Of a DNA stretch of 64,000 nucleotides, positions 53,201 through 61,422 are shown in pieces (within the stretch, counting starts at the first letter, position 1; the number at the start of each line of letters is the position of its first letter). The stretch lies in the sequence record LR745208.1. One strand, 5' to 3'. Made by a program: the position numbers and the translations under genes. A model generated the notes under the pieces. The model searched no databases and was not told where the DNA came from. It saw nothing but the letters and a program-made list of their open reading frames with translations.

Positions 53201-55214
53201 AGCGGCTACTGGTACCCTGGATCCCACAGGGCTCGAACTGACTGCAGTCAATCTCTACACCAAGGACAAGGCCAGCTCAAATGTATTCCTGGCCCTTGAC
53301 CAAGCGGTATATGACGAGATTCCAGGGGCTCTGGATGCCGTTCTGAATGACACGGACTGGGACACTCTTCACACCACAGGGGCTTTTGTCCCATCCGGGT
53401 CACGTTGTCTGTTGCCAACGGATACCTGGACCGTGGATTATTCCGGAGCGGCAGCCATCTATGTGGAACCCTCTGTCCCCCACTCATGCAATGATCTTTC
53501 CCTCAACCGGGTCAACGTTGTAGACTCGGTGAACTCTCTCACTCTTGCAGAAGTGGGTGCCAGGAGACTATCTACCTACGTGGCTGCTGCCCCCCCGGTC
53601 AACAACTCATGGGTGGAATATGTCCAATTGGAGATCAAGCGCCCACGCCGATTCCATGCCGTGAATGATGCCCTGGCCTTGAGTTTAGGGAGGCTTCGGG
53701 CTTCCTATGAGATTCGTCGAGGCATCGTTCAGACCCTAGTATCCTCTGGAAGCATCTGTACACTGACCGCTGAGCCCGTGGACAACCACTACCCACCGGT
53801 TGCTGTTGTTGGAGGGCATGCAACCCAACTAGGTGACTTTACGAATCCTGATTTGAACCTCCACGTTGGAGATGTTGTGAGGTTTCTGGACAGCAATGGT
53901 GAGGTTTCGGACACCGCTGAAATCCTCAACATCCCATCAACCATAACCTTGGTGCTATCCAAGAAAGTAACGTTTGCCCCAGGGACCAAGTTCGAGATAT
54001 ACCTCAAGGTACCCCCTGTTCCCCAGGAGCAATCCAATGAGGAGTTACTTGGGTTTGCTACAGACACCGTGCTGCTCTCCAGGTCGGCCAACTACACGGC
54101 TCAAACCGGAGGCAAAGTCCTCACGAGAAACATCCTGGCTGATACAGATGGAGCCTTGGACTACACTGCCCTCGACATCCAAGTAGGAGATGTGGTGGTC
54201 ATTGATCCAGTGGGGCCACTGGAAGGACCCACAGGGCCCGCCTCCCCGACGGAAATGGGAGTCCGCCCATTTGGAGATAATGGGGTTAGTTCCAGAGGTG
54301 CCTCTTACGTTGCTGGCAGCCCAAGCCGAGCGGACGATAACCGGGGCTATTATTGGGTCGACGCCATTGCAGCCCAGGGCATTACAGTCACAGCCACGGG
54401 TAACCTTCTGGCAGGAGACACTGCCACTGGGGACATCCTCTTTGGGACCGCTGCGGCATATACCGTGTACCCAACGGTACATGCCTCTGGGCTCACAGGA
54501 ACCACAGAAGGGCAACAGGATCTCCGGCCCACATCGTTTGCTGGGGTCGGAAACTCCTACAGGCTTGACTACAAATCGGTAGCCCCCTTCTCTTACCGCA
54601 TCCTTCGCCCCTCCCCATTCCTATCAAGGGAAACGGTCGAGCTGATCCTCTCAATGCGAGAGAGAATGCTATCTTGGATGGAAGAGATCCGGGGAGCTGC
54701 TAACCAGGAAAGCACATACTTTGTCTTCCAGCGGGACCACCACATCAGTGACCTCGGGTCCACTTTTGACCTCGGGTCAGGACTTGGGGTCTTCCATACA
54801 ACCTATCTTGAGGGTCTCATCGGCCGCTGGGATATCACCCCATTCGTCAACGTGAGTGATGGCCTCTCCATCCTTGACCGTCGATTCTGGGGCCTTGACT
54901 TCCGCCTTGATACCCTTGTCCCACCCTTGGGAATCAGTGCAACCCCCTATGCAAACTTCACAGGAACCAGCGTGGACCCAGGCTGGGATCCGGGGGAAAC
55001 CGACCGCCCTGTATTGGTGGATCGCATCAATGAAGCCCTGGACTCCCGAGATCAACTTCGCCAGACAAGATATTCATGGTTGACCCTGCGAACCCATCGA
55101 ACCACTGGTACTATGGAGGGTATCAGACGTTTCGATCAAGAACTGCCTTCCCGCAAGGCAGAGCAGGAGAGGGCTTTGACCGTAACCAAGTCTGTCAAGC
55201 TCCTAACCAGATGA
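44286..55214 (+). CDS. giant 3642-aa virion structural protein (baseplate/tail-like)
   Basis: Uninterrupted ORF, T/G/S/V/P-rich beta-type composition, followed by coupled structural-like ORFs. Confidence 0.7.
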   Translation: MNDFLGQVLPGARTSPSNASTTDAADSGVSRGVYSIAGTTTELQGDRYRATLLDSGETTEYLLWAETSGPLAVAPGTDHTDGTATIPAGSLTVIDTSVPTTGIRTDGTNQVLVTDNGGRTLAAIQSLTYTRPGLGTPATFTLGGADYTFDPLSGVLTLLDTGAVRAAVNVAGPDPVAVSASRGDQFTATHYTLSTALFSWTRNDSTGTRFGWNAGHRKWELFRGKTPTSLGLLSSSASAKYALTPVPTTPVGQYLPGSTTTSQYSSVRLGALPNESSYPVVFRTVGPPFSGLLVVTDDLANSSYDFASTTPPLAGVVGANSGTLAWNPTFVQAHEGEEVWYSPQNFTESSTGTVGLLTDATHFIAPVPGPTERPIIRLGNRAPLTVLLAATEAALTALSVPSGSVGIALSTGKLKFATADIDKADPGTRAVPNPSFDPLYLNVQVRYDGIAGNLYPQPIKAPVQLVNIDGISVASFDTTTEVFIPDAKGLGTGLSGILNVPDGTGNPPDLTAAIGPRPGDSGVVRRLSSGFGDVYLFSDNGIIAKVLTVNFEDELEQLGALYDTGLPPEEILPTKAYSVPLDTVYVALDQRSSISGSKVLLGSSLSQSLIGQTLYFVQAELLPSIYPDTARLYSRIRDSYTLDGTESLAFSIDGTSVTWNASALGAGTYTPTQIATSLGTAVTGAGATGSAGVLSGYVYIQSNTPTTGQVQILFSLSGCRVLGFPPGWDVTNPIAGDHSATDGNWLPDTGLEFGLRRSPQNLDGSQPISDVRSTYRVTDEILANDISSIPYQLLSYPPREDIAGYDVGVFFRLSAQGKPGASPSLRASLAPFEDVLYEFDKSRFGWLSSRSFVGQLESPATSLDLGVQGVVGATFYAAMGGLLKISATGEAATYRELDTDFLVPEGSGSALLIGRIGPEVLKGSRGRFTAGGSVLTDTSVTFTGTAQIGYRVKAISGNDQGSYTVTSVGATTLGVSPPFVNGDGSQNVSWVLYSNVAPGDVDPSVIADIVYEDFSPLPNEPFEVRVLTLLGVAGGALDPLDVPTVNSGQSLTIRFDRTGADIPVTVLTSTPLGTMVNGSLIIPSTGARFTTGSFTVQVGTRTFVQGTDLLPVAAFSPDPGANIEYLTVGVIGELKFGSTVLADFDSAQVTYLQTVLPAASIGTSTAEVDPNTGELGLSSVDLAANVDKNVYVAVLQELENVYINPILGSFTFVRPLKAGQLVEAQYYRAVPDSGALFLDSTGATVQVREFLPLYVRRELATRVSDRLYSFNPTSRTTESTVEAQVYVDTKLVSYGVPSGVVVTWTNNTLSLKQPVDVTSRVMISYAVYEAFGGETSYTVSQAPVWRPPFNIAKNQGTLSFIGNRTSTITLGKQLRVGGFLTYVRAATYVSASDSTTVTIFPAPATNAGTLAPSETPLTFLTDRPVTPLIDPTGATPTAVPSADAGFLPELTVLAGLASIPVFQTVAVGDTTVQFEGDFTRYMLAGFMLEMFGIPFLIVKSELTPDGRYTTVTFGSPSPMEFVWSVALPANRIRVSARPVYPSGASTFLGPGGFLPTEPYEVVLYGEMDGATLLPGRTLVEGRDFNIDTNSGHISFLAPRLTGLASLQSLKFYRTDVTTLSPGIYRGAVQYPRVSATFSYLDPPSEANGRIHGILQGTFTFDSPDSFYARSVPLSQYISETAASLTSNASAQLPGSNPAVGGFQSPAPSAQGLTGIVSQRQDLVSRDRVTRTFLRYFNGLVTSFEQVLETLSGNPIGDRDGKLRLWMGTGDQWVPPGYEDAITGAVNDRNVWFDVWMSYRTGLPTIRLIAADPILDPLTATTDSKGRPTGNALHPQAMSFLMGLQPKGIKNDVDDVVLTGLRGTTTTLAGFVYFQTTSYGTYQGLGEASPFSRLFGERTTAFTTTEPGLGATTTGNNGVYSAGKIMGDLFNGGLTIQSTNGKVIARLANPVRGAITNVLGVEVKDRLARARILAYSPTGFPTVDAGSTGFPSILATVLPLDQLPLLPDGLPDISQLASVPPTSLAKLPDLNTGDPTLHTPPFKAGDQLAFGTPNGSVYQLGYTGTPIPVGTGFQYAGIFVDSILQGCLIILKSKDLAGVDVQITVPTSLVLLSAPTVGAPFTAERGDSLFVVPTTGRPITLSDPPTTAQLDSLVGSLPSYRTGTDINFIPRTGELTDATLPSFSDPNIFGLKELLGQRPPSPLSNLEAQVSFQNGDVLPSNIPALQGESKLDSGDYSLPYYGINNTELDVLGEVLPIGIDLITLDSIDPVVDNPPPIGYPVYAVEAVYPDEILDNAGIVDSTDPDYPSAILTTQDLQPSAAVYPAPGHKGVGTVDRYDLVLIEEATGSALPLGSTGIFSVGDVTHGATSVIEPPRFVSATTVGLRHSLAINNIQAWFDQTHVTGIMISEDTTVPGNIVTTFTLPGVPTTQIVWDNGLGGGALAPPVGGFNDYFRLADKPTTATIKVIDPVTNNFVPGAYATFFLETVNPADVRLCTFSADGSLFAPTAAVFLSGFGAQTLVVTSIAPFFNFAAYPSTTVGAVTTLDYPMEFAIDIDSTHTLTFAIEGDRLTLSGPIDPRTAYPRGSLTTGGDPVQCELSTRDSLTSIYSTLAGTFVTTFSSANHISQVNGNLPFTFLSRSGILPNGIGSMSGGVGQLKVMGFEEYGSVAIDSTGITFSALTSSRQDALNGAILNAVAISDQKDDAGVAYKPARDNRFILPGGAGPLPAPLPASAVIKGDVDRVLPGDTLVVHGFYDDGTYTYPLSSGKAGTHLVRGTIKSTDIVATPFEHRDTYAMVTGDPNGGWLDFEFPTVTGVVSGATLDLVVTEILALTSLKDWAGAPIAQTHTFPSAGKVFIILDEAKLLDPASGVYKEAIYSADYASMVPGTGTFVDLTNYKNGIGVGIGAGQFTAAIANGMKVSGMTIVPVNPHGTGIPENLPGYTSIIAPDPIAIFGFRAIQALGPSAVPLGWAAAATGTLDPTGLELTAVNLYTKDKASSNVFLALDQAVYDEIPGALDAVLNDTDWDTLHTTGAFVPSGSRCLLPTDTWTVDYSGAAAIYVEPSVPHSCNDLSLNRVNVVDSVNSLTLAEVGARRLSTYVAAAPPVNNSWVEYVQLEIKRPRRFHAVNDALALSLGRLRASYEIRRGIVQTLVSSGSICTLTAEPVDNHYPPVAVVGGHATQLGDFTNPDLNLHVGDVVRFLDSNGEVSDTAEILNIPSTITLVLSKKVTFAPGTKFEIYLKVPPVPQEQSNEELLGFATDTVLLSRSANYTAQTGGKVLTRNILADTDGALDYTALDIQVGDVVVIDPVGPLEGPTGPASPTEMGVRPFGDNGVSSRGASYVAGSPSRADDNRGYYWVDAIAAQGITVTATGNLLAGDTATGDILFGTAAAYTVYPTVHASGLTGTTEGQQDLRPTSFAGVGNSYRLDYKSVAPFSYRILRPSPFLSRETVELILSMRERMLSWMEEIRGAANQESTYFVFQRDHHISDLGSTFDLGSGLGVFHTTYLEGLIGRWDITPFVNVSDGLSILDRRFWGLDFRLDTLVPPLGISATPYANFTGTSVDPGWDPGETDRPVLVDRINEALDSRDQLRQTRYSWLTLRTHRTTGTMEGIRRFDQELPSRKAEQERALTVTKSVKLLTR

Positions 55215-55444
55215 CCAACGAAGAACTAATTGCTAAGCTACAATCCCTGGGCCTTGACCCCAGTAACCCCACATGGGTTAAGTCCGGGTCTGTAGACCTG
55301 GAGCAACTCCCGGTCCTAGGAAAACAACGGGAGCTGCTAACAGCCCTAAAAGAGATTCTTCAGCAACAGGTCAATGCTGATGTGGTCCGCCTAGATGAAG
55401 CCACGGAAGCCCTATCCAGGCTCCAGCACGGAGGTGGCCAGTGA
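55211..55444 (+). CDS. hypothetical coiled-coil protein
   Basis: 77 aa, ATGA coupling. Confidence 0.6.
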   Translation: MTNEELIAKLQSLGLDPSNPTWVKSGSVDLEQLPVLGKQRELLTALKEILQQQVNADVVRLDEATEALSRLQHGGGQ

Positions 55445-55659
55445 CCCCCCAAATGCAGAACTTCGTGGACAGCTACTTCAGTTTTCTACTCAGCGGAAAC
55501 CTGGAAGATTTCAGGGGTGTTTGCAGCCAATTTGCACTTGTCATCCAATCAGGAGCCTCCAATGAGGACCTGCAAGGATGTATGGACCAGTGCCATGAGA
55601 ATGCCGAGCTTCTGTGTCTCATCACAGAGACCAGTGCCCAATTGGAATTAGGAAACTAG
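55441..55659 (+). CDS. hypothetical protein
   Basis: 72 aa, GTGA coupling. Confidence 0.55.
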   Translation: MTPQMQNFVDSYFSFLLSGNLEDFRGVCSQFALVIQSGASNEDLQGCMDQCHENAELLCLITETSAQLELGN

Positions 55660-55663
55660 GAAT

Positions 55664-58267
55664 ATGCCAGCAACGGTCGCATCCTGGGGGGGTCTGCAAA
55701 TCCAGCTGGTGATCCCAGAAGTGGAGCAAATCACCAGCACCATCAGTTCTGTCCTGGAACTTGTGAACGCCGCCCTGGACATTGGCCTGAACATCCTAAA
55801 CATCATCAGGACCTTCATCCCAGCTACCATCAATATTCTACGGTCACTGGTCAATGAGCTAATTGCCACCATCCGCAACTTCGCAGTGGACCTCCGACAG
55901 ATAGGCATTTACGCCAACCTGGGGGACTTGAGTCTTCTCTCCAACTACAACAACCTCAAAGGTGGGTATGCAGCTTATGAGCGGAGGATGCTTACACGGT
56001 TGAACAACCGCAATGACCCCACCCGCCCCGAGTTCTCCACATCCAGCTCCGTCCTGGCACTGTTTATCTATGCTTCTGTGGATCCAACCTTCCTTACTAA
56101 TGGACAACTGGACATCACGAAGTTCCAGCCCATGCGTCAGACCCTCTCTGCCTTCTCTAGGCTGCTTGGGATTCGCGGGGCCACGGGGAGAAGTGCCGCC
56201 CTCCCAATTGCCTCGAACCTCCAGGTTAGCTACCCCTTCTTCGCGAGTAGAAACCCCCCAGGGGATAACTCTCCGGCTGCCCTTGCGGTCTCGGTATCCC
56301 AGATGCTTGGAAGGGACACGGCGATCCTCTCTTGGGGATGTGCCTCCCCCCCAGGGGCCTCCGACCAGGATGTTGCCCCCTCGCTGCCCCCAGCGGGCTT
56401 CCTGGTAGAGGTATCCTGCTACCCAAGCGGCTTCTATGTAGGCTACCTCGCCCCTGCCCCATCGGGCACAGCGGGTCCCAATGGGACTGGCTCTGAGACA
56501 GGTGCTCAGGCCTACATGACAGGTGTCTATCAGGAGGGCACCACAGGGCAGCCACTGCGTATCTTTGGGGGCGATGATACAGTGCTCCTCGATGAGTCCA
56601 ACCTGTGGGACAGCTCCCTGTTTGTGGACGGTGCAGTTCGACCCGGGTCCACCCCGGTGTTTTTCTTCCGGGACCTGAACTCCCCTGAAGTATTGCACAA
56701 GCCCTTCAGCACAGAAGAGCAGTCCAACGGGACCACCAAGTACTACAATCAGCGTACCTTCTTTGTTCCCCAGCAGAACATCCTGTCGCAGGCAATCTCT
56801 GGGGGCTCCTACAGCCTTGAACTCCGGCGAGAAGACCTGCCCCAGTACTGCCCATTTGTAGATGGTGTCCTTGACACTGCCCACGCCACAGTCCCTACGA
56901 CCATATATGCTAGGGTCATTCCTGTCACGGCGGATGTCACCGAAACCAACTACAAGCAGCTCAAATGGGATGTTATGTCCCACCGTACCGACGACCAGAC
57001 ACGAGTTCAACTTGTAACAGGAGCCCCCGGCAATTTCCTGCCAGATGCCAAAGGCATCCCCAGTAGTGTGATTGAGGTCACCTTGCCCAGCCAAGAACAA
57101 GACCTGTATGGATTGGCAATTCAAACTGCCATTGCCATCACCCTCTTGAGCCGAAGTGACTTGACAAACCCCAACCCGATCACCGCAGGGGTGCAGATCC
57201 CCAATACCGGATACGTTGCCACAGGGCTAGAGGGAGTCGCCATCGAGGTATTCAATCGGGGCAATGTACATGCTGCCATTGATGACCCCAGCAACTACTT
57301 CGGAGAGAGAGGCTTTTCTCCCGATGCTTTTGTGACGGACATCTATGGCAAGGTCGTAGCTAGGGCCAACCAATACATTGCCACCCAAGGAGCTGTCCCC
57401 CCCGAGCTACTTGCAGCGTTTCGGGATGCCTTCCAAACCCTTGTCAATTGGCAGTGGTCAGATACCACCATTGCAGGTGCCCAAGGGAACAGAGCCCTAA
57501 ATCAAACTATTCTAGGGTCCCTGTTGGCTGGCAGATCCGCACCCAACACCACAGTGCTCGCCCGCAATGTCTACTCCCTTCCGGGGACCTACCAGGACCT
57601 AGGAAGCAACACCAGCACAGACATCCTCGCACAGGCCAGCAGTCGGTTCAGTGGGTCTGGCTTTGGAACGCTCACGAACTTCGACCATGCCCCCGTGGTA
57701 TATGATGGGACCAGTAGAAATCCATCGGTGTGGTATGCCAGAAGTCTCCTCCCACCCCAGATGTATGTCCTCGCCCGTAGCGTCCTGTCCCTTACCAGTG
57801 ATCAGTCCGTTGTTCGATCTCGTCGAGGGGACTGGGTAGTCTGGAGACCCTTCGTAGGAATGTCCCCCCTCGCGGTCAACAGCCGCCTCCTCAACCAGCT
57901 GGAGGGGTTCCTAAATACCCTGGTCGGGGGGCTGGGGTCAGTCTCAAACGCGATCTTGAACGTGATCTCGTTCCTCCAACAAAGAATTCGGGAGATCCAA
58001 GAGCTTATCCGTCGAATCGAGCAATACTTGAACATCCCCTTCCAAATCTCAATCCCGGAGATCGTGGCCTTGCCCTTGCTGGTCAACGGCACCTCAGGGG
58101 TGGTCTCAGGTCTTGTCAGTGCCCAAAACAAGCCCACGGACGGCCCGCAAGCATATGCTGGAGGGCTTGCCATCATGGCCGGGGGACTTCCCGCACTGCT
58201 TACAGATCTCCTCCTCCTGGTCCTCTCCTCGCCAGCCAGTTCCCACACCAACCCCACCACCCCCTAA
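55664..58267 (+). CDS. putative structural protein with amphipathic helical termini
   Basis: 867 aa, downstream of the giant protein. Confidence 0.7.
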   Translation: MPATVASWGGLQIQLVIPEVEQITSTISSVLELVNAALDIGLNILNIIRTFIPATINILRSLVNELIATIRNFAVDLRQIGIYANLGDLSLLSNYNNLKGGYAAYERRMLTRLNNRNDPTRPEFSTSSSVLALFIYASVDPTFLTNGQLDITKFQPMRQTLSAFSRLLGIRGATGRSAALPIASNLQVSYPFFASRNPPGDNSPAALAVSVSQMLGRDTAILSWGCASPPGASDQDVAPSLPPAGFLVEVSCYPSGFYVGYLAPAPSGTAGPNGTGSETGAQAYMTGVYQEGTTGQPLRIFGGDDTVLLDESNLWDSSLFVDGAVRPGSTPVFFFRDLNSPEVLHKPFSTEEQSNGTTKYYNQRTFFVPQQNILSQAISGGSYSLELRREDLPQYCPFVDGVLDTAHATVPTTIYARVIPVTADVTETNYKQLKWDVMSHRTDDQTRVQLVTGAPGNFLPDAKGIPSSVIEVTLPSQEQDLYGLAIQTAIAITLLSRSDLTNPNPITAGVQIPNTGYVATGLEGVAIEVFNRGNVHAAIDDPSNYFGERGFSPDAFVTDIYGKVVARANQYIATQGAVPPELLAAFRDAFQTLVNWQWSDTTIAGAQGNRALNQTILGSLLAGRSAPNTTVLARNVYSLPGTYQDLGSNTSTDILAQASSRFSGSGFGTLTNFDHAPVVYDGTSRNPSVWYARSLLPPQMYVLARSVLSLTSDQSVVRSRRGDWVVWRPFVGMSPLAVNSRLLNQLEGFLNTLVGGLGSVSNAILNVISFLQQRIREIQELIRRIEQYLNIPFQISIPEIVALPLLVNGTSGVVSGLVSAQNKPTDGPQAYAGGLAIMAGGLPALLTDLLLLVLSSPASSHTNPTTP

Positions 58268-58389
58268 CCATTCACCAATCCATTCATGGAAGTGCCAAAA
58301 CGACGGTATTTCCTGCATTTGTTGGCCCAAGTATCTATTCACGGTGCTTTCCCTAGCCTTGGTGCCAAGTTGAGAGCGTAAAAGGGAGC

Positions 58390-58602
58390 ATGACTACCAA
58401 GCTCAGCACCATGCCCGTCCCCAGGGGACTTGAACTTGCTCTCGTGCAGGCCATGGCCGAATCGATCGAGGACTCCATCAACATGGAGGATGCCATCCGC
58501 CAACTGCTCGTGAAGACAGGACATAATGACCCTAACATCACCGTGGTCGAGTGCGTAGGCCACCTCGTCAAGGCGTACTTCAGACTCAACGGGGGGTGCT
58601 AA
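58390..58602 (+). CDS. hypothetical protein
   Basis: 70 aa; ribosome-binding site GGGAG. Confidence 0.6.
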   Translation: MTTKLSTMPVPRGLELALVQAMAESIEDSINMEDAIRQLLVKTGHNDPNITVVECVGHLVKAYFRLNGGC

Positions 58603-58604
58603 AC

Positions 58605-59717
58605 ATGGGAAATCCCAAGAAAATCCTCGTTACAGGAGGCCCGGTCCACGCGTACTTGGACGCCGTGAAGATCATCACGAACAAATTTAGGGGTGGGATG
58701 ATGGCTCAACTTGCGGATGACCTTCACCAAACAGGTACTTCCGTCACCTACCTGACTGCAAAAGGGGCCACCAAGATCCCCAAGTGGACCGAAGTCATCT
58801 TCCACGATGGATTCCAGGATTACAGGGACAAGGTGCGAGACCTTGCTGCCAAGCACGATGCCACCATCCTTGGAGCCGCCGTAGCCAACCTGATCCCCCT
58901 GAATCCATGGAAGGGGAAGTTCCCATCTCACAACTTCAAGCCCGGGGACCGGATCCCAATTGACTTCACCATCGCCCCCCGAGTCATCGATGATGTAAAG
59001 ACCCACGCCCCCAATACGATGCTCTTCGGTTACAAGCTCCTGTCAGGTGTCTCCCATGAAGAACTGATCGAGGCAGCTTGGGGCGTGCTTCGAGAATCCA
59101 AGGCCCAAGCAATCATTGCCAACGACGCGAGCAACCTGGATGCCAAGTTCATCGTCACCAGGGAACGTGGGGTCCACTCACTTCAAGCCAATCAGCTAGC
59201 TGGGTTCATTCAGGCGATGCTGGCCGATACTTATTGGTGCTCAGAGCCGGGCATCATGTTCCCGCCCACCCCACAGGAGGAAGCCCAACTTCGAGATGCC
59301 CTGACTACCTTCTCAGCCACATGTGATCCAACCACATTCTTTCCAACTCATGGTGAGCTACGTTTCGGTTCCATCGCTATGCGTAGCCAAGGCGGAACCT
59401 TCTTGACCACCTCCAGGGGTAAGAACGAGTTGGCATCCTTTACCCGGTTCACAACGGCCCCCAATAACCACGTCATCTATCCCAGCCAAGGACCCAAGGC
59501 GAGCCTGAATGCCCCCTTACTTGCTAGAATCCTACAGGCCAATCCTGATGTGCACTGCGTTGTGCATGGTCATGTCCAATGGCCCAATCTTCCCACACAA
59601 CCGTATGCCCCGCCCGGTACGGTGCGGGACACGGATCGAGACGTCTCCCAACCATTCAACATCGAAGGCCATGGCTGCTTCCTATTTCCCGACCCCCAAA
59701 TGAAGGTAATTCAATGA
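58605..59717 (+). CDS. CoaB (phosphopantothenoylcysteine synthetase)-like domain fused to a class II aldolase/adducin-like domain
   Basis: ILVTGGP...LDAVKIITN...G, AAVAN, GYKL and IIAND; C-terminal TTSRGK, ASLNAP and VVHGH. Confidence 0.65.
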   Translation: MGNPKKILVTGGPVHAYLDAVKIITNKFRGGMMAQLADDLHQTGTSVTYLTAKGATKIPKWTEVIFHDGFQDYRDKVRDLAAKHDATILGAAVANLIPLNPWKGKFPSHNFKPGDRIPIDFTIAPRVIDDVKTHAPNTMLFGYKLLSGVSHEELIEAAWGVLRESKAQAIIANDASNLDAKFIVTRERGVHSLQANQLAGFIQAMLADTYWCSEPGIMFPPTPQEEAQLRDALTTFSATCDPTTFFPTHGELRFGSIAMRSQGGTFLTTSRGKNELASFTRFTTAPNNHVIYPSQGPKASLNAPLLARILQANPDVHCVVHGHVQWPNLPTQPYAPPGTVRDTDRDVSQPFNIEGHGCFLFPDPQMKVIQ

Positions 59718-60373
59718 ACTATCCCAGCAACGTAGTCTACCAACGGCTGTATGCCCGCTACCTCAAGCCCGAACGTATCCATCAGATGTTGGAACTGGCT
59801 GGAGACCTGAAGGGACGTAATATCCTCGACCTGTGTGGGGGCGCCGGGGAACTGGCGGTTGAGGCATGGAAGAGGGGAGCGGGCACCGTTCAGATCGTGG
59901 ACTCATCCTTCGAGATGACCCGCCCAAACCTTGACCCATCCTGCCGAGGAGCCCTCCAGATCATCAACAAGGATGTGGGGAGCTACCTGAAAGGACAACA
60001 GAGCCCTCTATGGGATGTCGCTTTCTGCAAGCAGGCTGTCAACTACTGGCTCGATGAGTTCTCCGCCAAGGACTTGGGCAACATCCTTCGGCCAGGGGGA
60101 ACATTCGTGTTCAACACCTTCAACCAGTGTCCGGATACGGTCCCCATTCCCAAGACATATACCTCCCAAGGCCGAAGGTACGTGGAGATGTCCTGGTTGA
60201 CCGATAAGTCTACCATCCAGCACGTCCAGATCTGTGAGGGAATGCCACCCCACACCACCTCGTTCTGGTGGATCTCCCCGGAGGAGTTTGACACTCTCGC
60301 CGAGGCAGGTGGCTTCGACTCCGAAGTCATCGTCGACCACGCCACATCCATCTACCGCTGGACCAAGAAGTAA
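59714..60373 (+). CDS. class I SAM-dependent methyltransferase
   Basis: ILDLCGGAGEL and LRPGGTFVFN motifs. Confidence 0.85.
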   Translation: MNYPSNVVYQRLYARYLKPERIHQMLELAGDLKGRNILDLCGGAGELAVEAWKRGAGTVQIVDSSFEMTRPNLDPSCRGALQIINKDVGSYLKGQQSPLWDVAFCKQAVNYWLDEFSAKDLGNILRPGGTFVFNTFNQCPDTVPIPKTYTSQGRRYVEMSWLTDKSTIQHVQICEGMPPHTTSFWWISPEEFDTLAEAGGFDSEVIVDHATSIYRWTKK

Positions 60374-60378
60374 ACCAC

Positions 60379-60789
60379 GTGGCCAAAAAGACTGCCCCCA
60401 AGAAACTGGATTGCCGCTTTTGTCGGGATGGCACCCCTGCTACCTGTCGGGTAGCCGTTTTCGAGGGGGATGAAGACCCCAAAGCGTACTGCGACCCTTG
60501 TGCCAAGGCATTCAAACAGGTCCTCCAGGAAAATCAGGTGGGATTCAAGGGGGCAGAACTCACCAATGCTGAATTAGTCCCGGACCCATGCTCAGAGCTT
60601 CGGAGTGAAGTACTAAAGCTCCTAGGAGGGGCATCCAGCCCTTCCCCACTCCTACGTGCAGCAATGGCCCTAGGGGCTCCTGGTAGGGCTCCTACCCCCC
60701 GTCAACAGCCCGTAATAGCACCCCCCAAACCAGAAGCCAAGTCAGATAGGCCAGACCCCTCCGGGCTCCTGGGTCTCCTGGGACTCTAA
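60379..60789 (+). CDS. hypothetical Zn-binding protein
   Basis: CRFC...C...CDPC; 136 aa. Confidence 0.55.
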   Translation: MAKKTAPKKLDCRFCRDGTPATCRVAVFEGDEDPKAYCDPCAKAFKQVLQENQVGFKGAELTNAELVPDPCSELRSEVLKLLGGASSPSPLLRAAMALGAPGRAPTPRQQPVIAPPKPEAKSDRPDPSGLLGLLGL

Positions 60790-61334
60790 GGCCCCAGCCT
60801 TGGTCCCTTGAGGGGGATGAACATAGCCGGGAACCGACCCTTCACAGCAGGATGGTGCTTAGCAGCTGACTCAATTGCCGTTTCCAGCCTCTTACAGGGA
60901 TCCCCAAAGGTCGAGAACAAAGACCCCATACAGTGGGCGGAGCCAGCCCCAATCGCATTGTAGCGACAGGATGACCGTTGGACACTGAAGTCTGAGTCAA
61001 TCAAGTAGATCTTCCCCTGGTAGACCACCAGAGCATTAAAACCCTCCAAGTCTGCCTTGGGGATCTCAGCTTCTACACAGGCCGCCCTGGCTGGGTCCGC
61101 AAAAGCCCGCATCAAGTAGACCTCCTCAGACTCCCCAACCTTTCTCCTCCCTGTCAAGTAAACCCGCTCCACCAACTGCCCAACCCGCATTGATCCACTA
61201 GTAGCCACCACAAGCCCCTTGGAACAAGTCCACTTGGGCTTCGCCAATGTATCAGCCCAATCATCCCCACCAATGAAGGCATCTGAACAGATCCAGACCC
61301 CCTCATCGGTTTCTATGGCTGCTATGGCCGTCAT
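60786..61334 (-). CDS. HslV/proteasome beta-like Ntn peptidase
   Basis: N-terminal M-T-AIAAI, SD..I, K, SGS and AIGAGS...GSL motifs. Confidence 0.7.
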   Translation of the reverse strand: MTAIAAIETDEGVWICSDAFIGGDDWADTLAKPKWTCSKGLVVATSGSMRVGQLVERVYLTGRRKVGESEEVYLMRAFADPARAACVEAEIPKADLEGFNALVVYQGKIYLIDSDFSVQRSSCRYNAIGAGSAHCMGSLFSTFGDPCKRLETAIESAAKHHPAVKGRFPAMFIPLKGPRLGP

Positions 61335-61422
61335 GGATTGGGTTCCTTCGGGTTACTACCTATCGGTGTCAATGGCCATAATAGCTAAGGCCATGGTTTG
61401 GGTCATTTTGGTACACCACAGG

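Noticed and set aside
55859-57124. 421-aa minus-strand ORF
   Set aside because: It is antisense to the 867-aa structural ORF, which fits the operon context.
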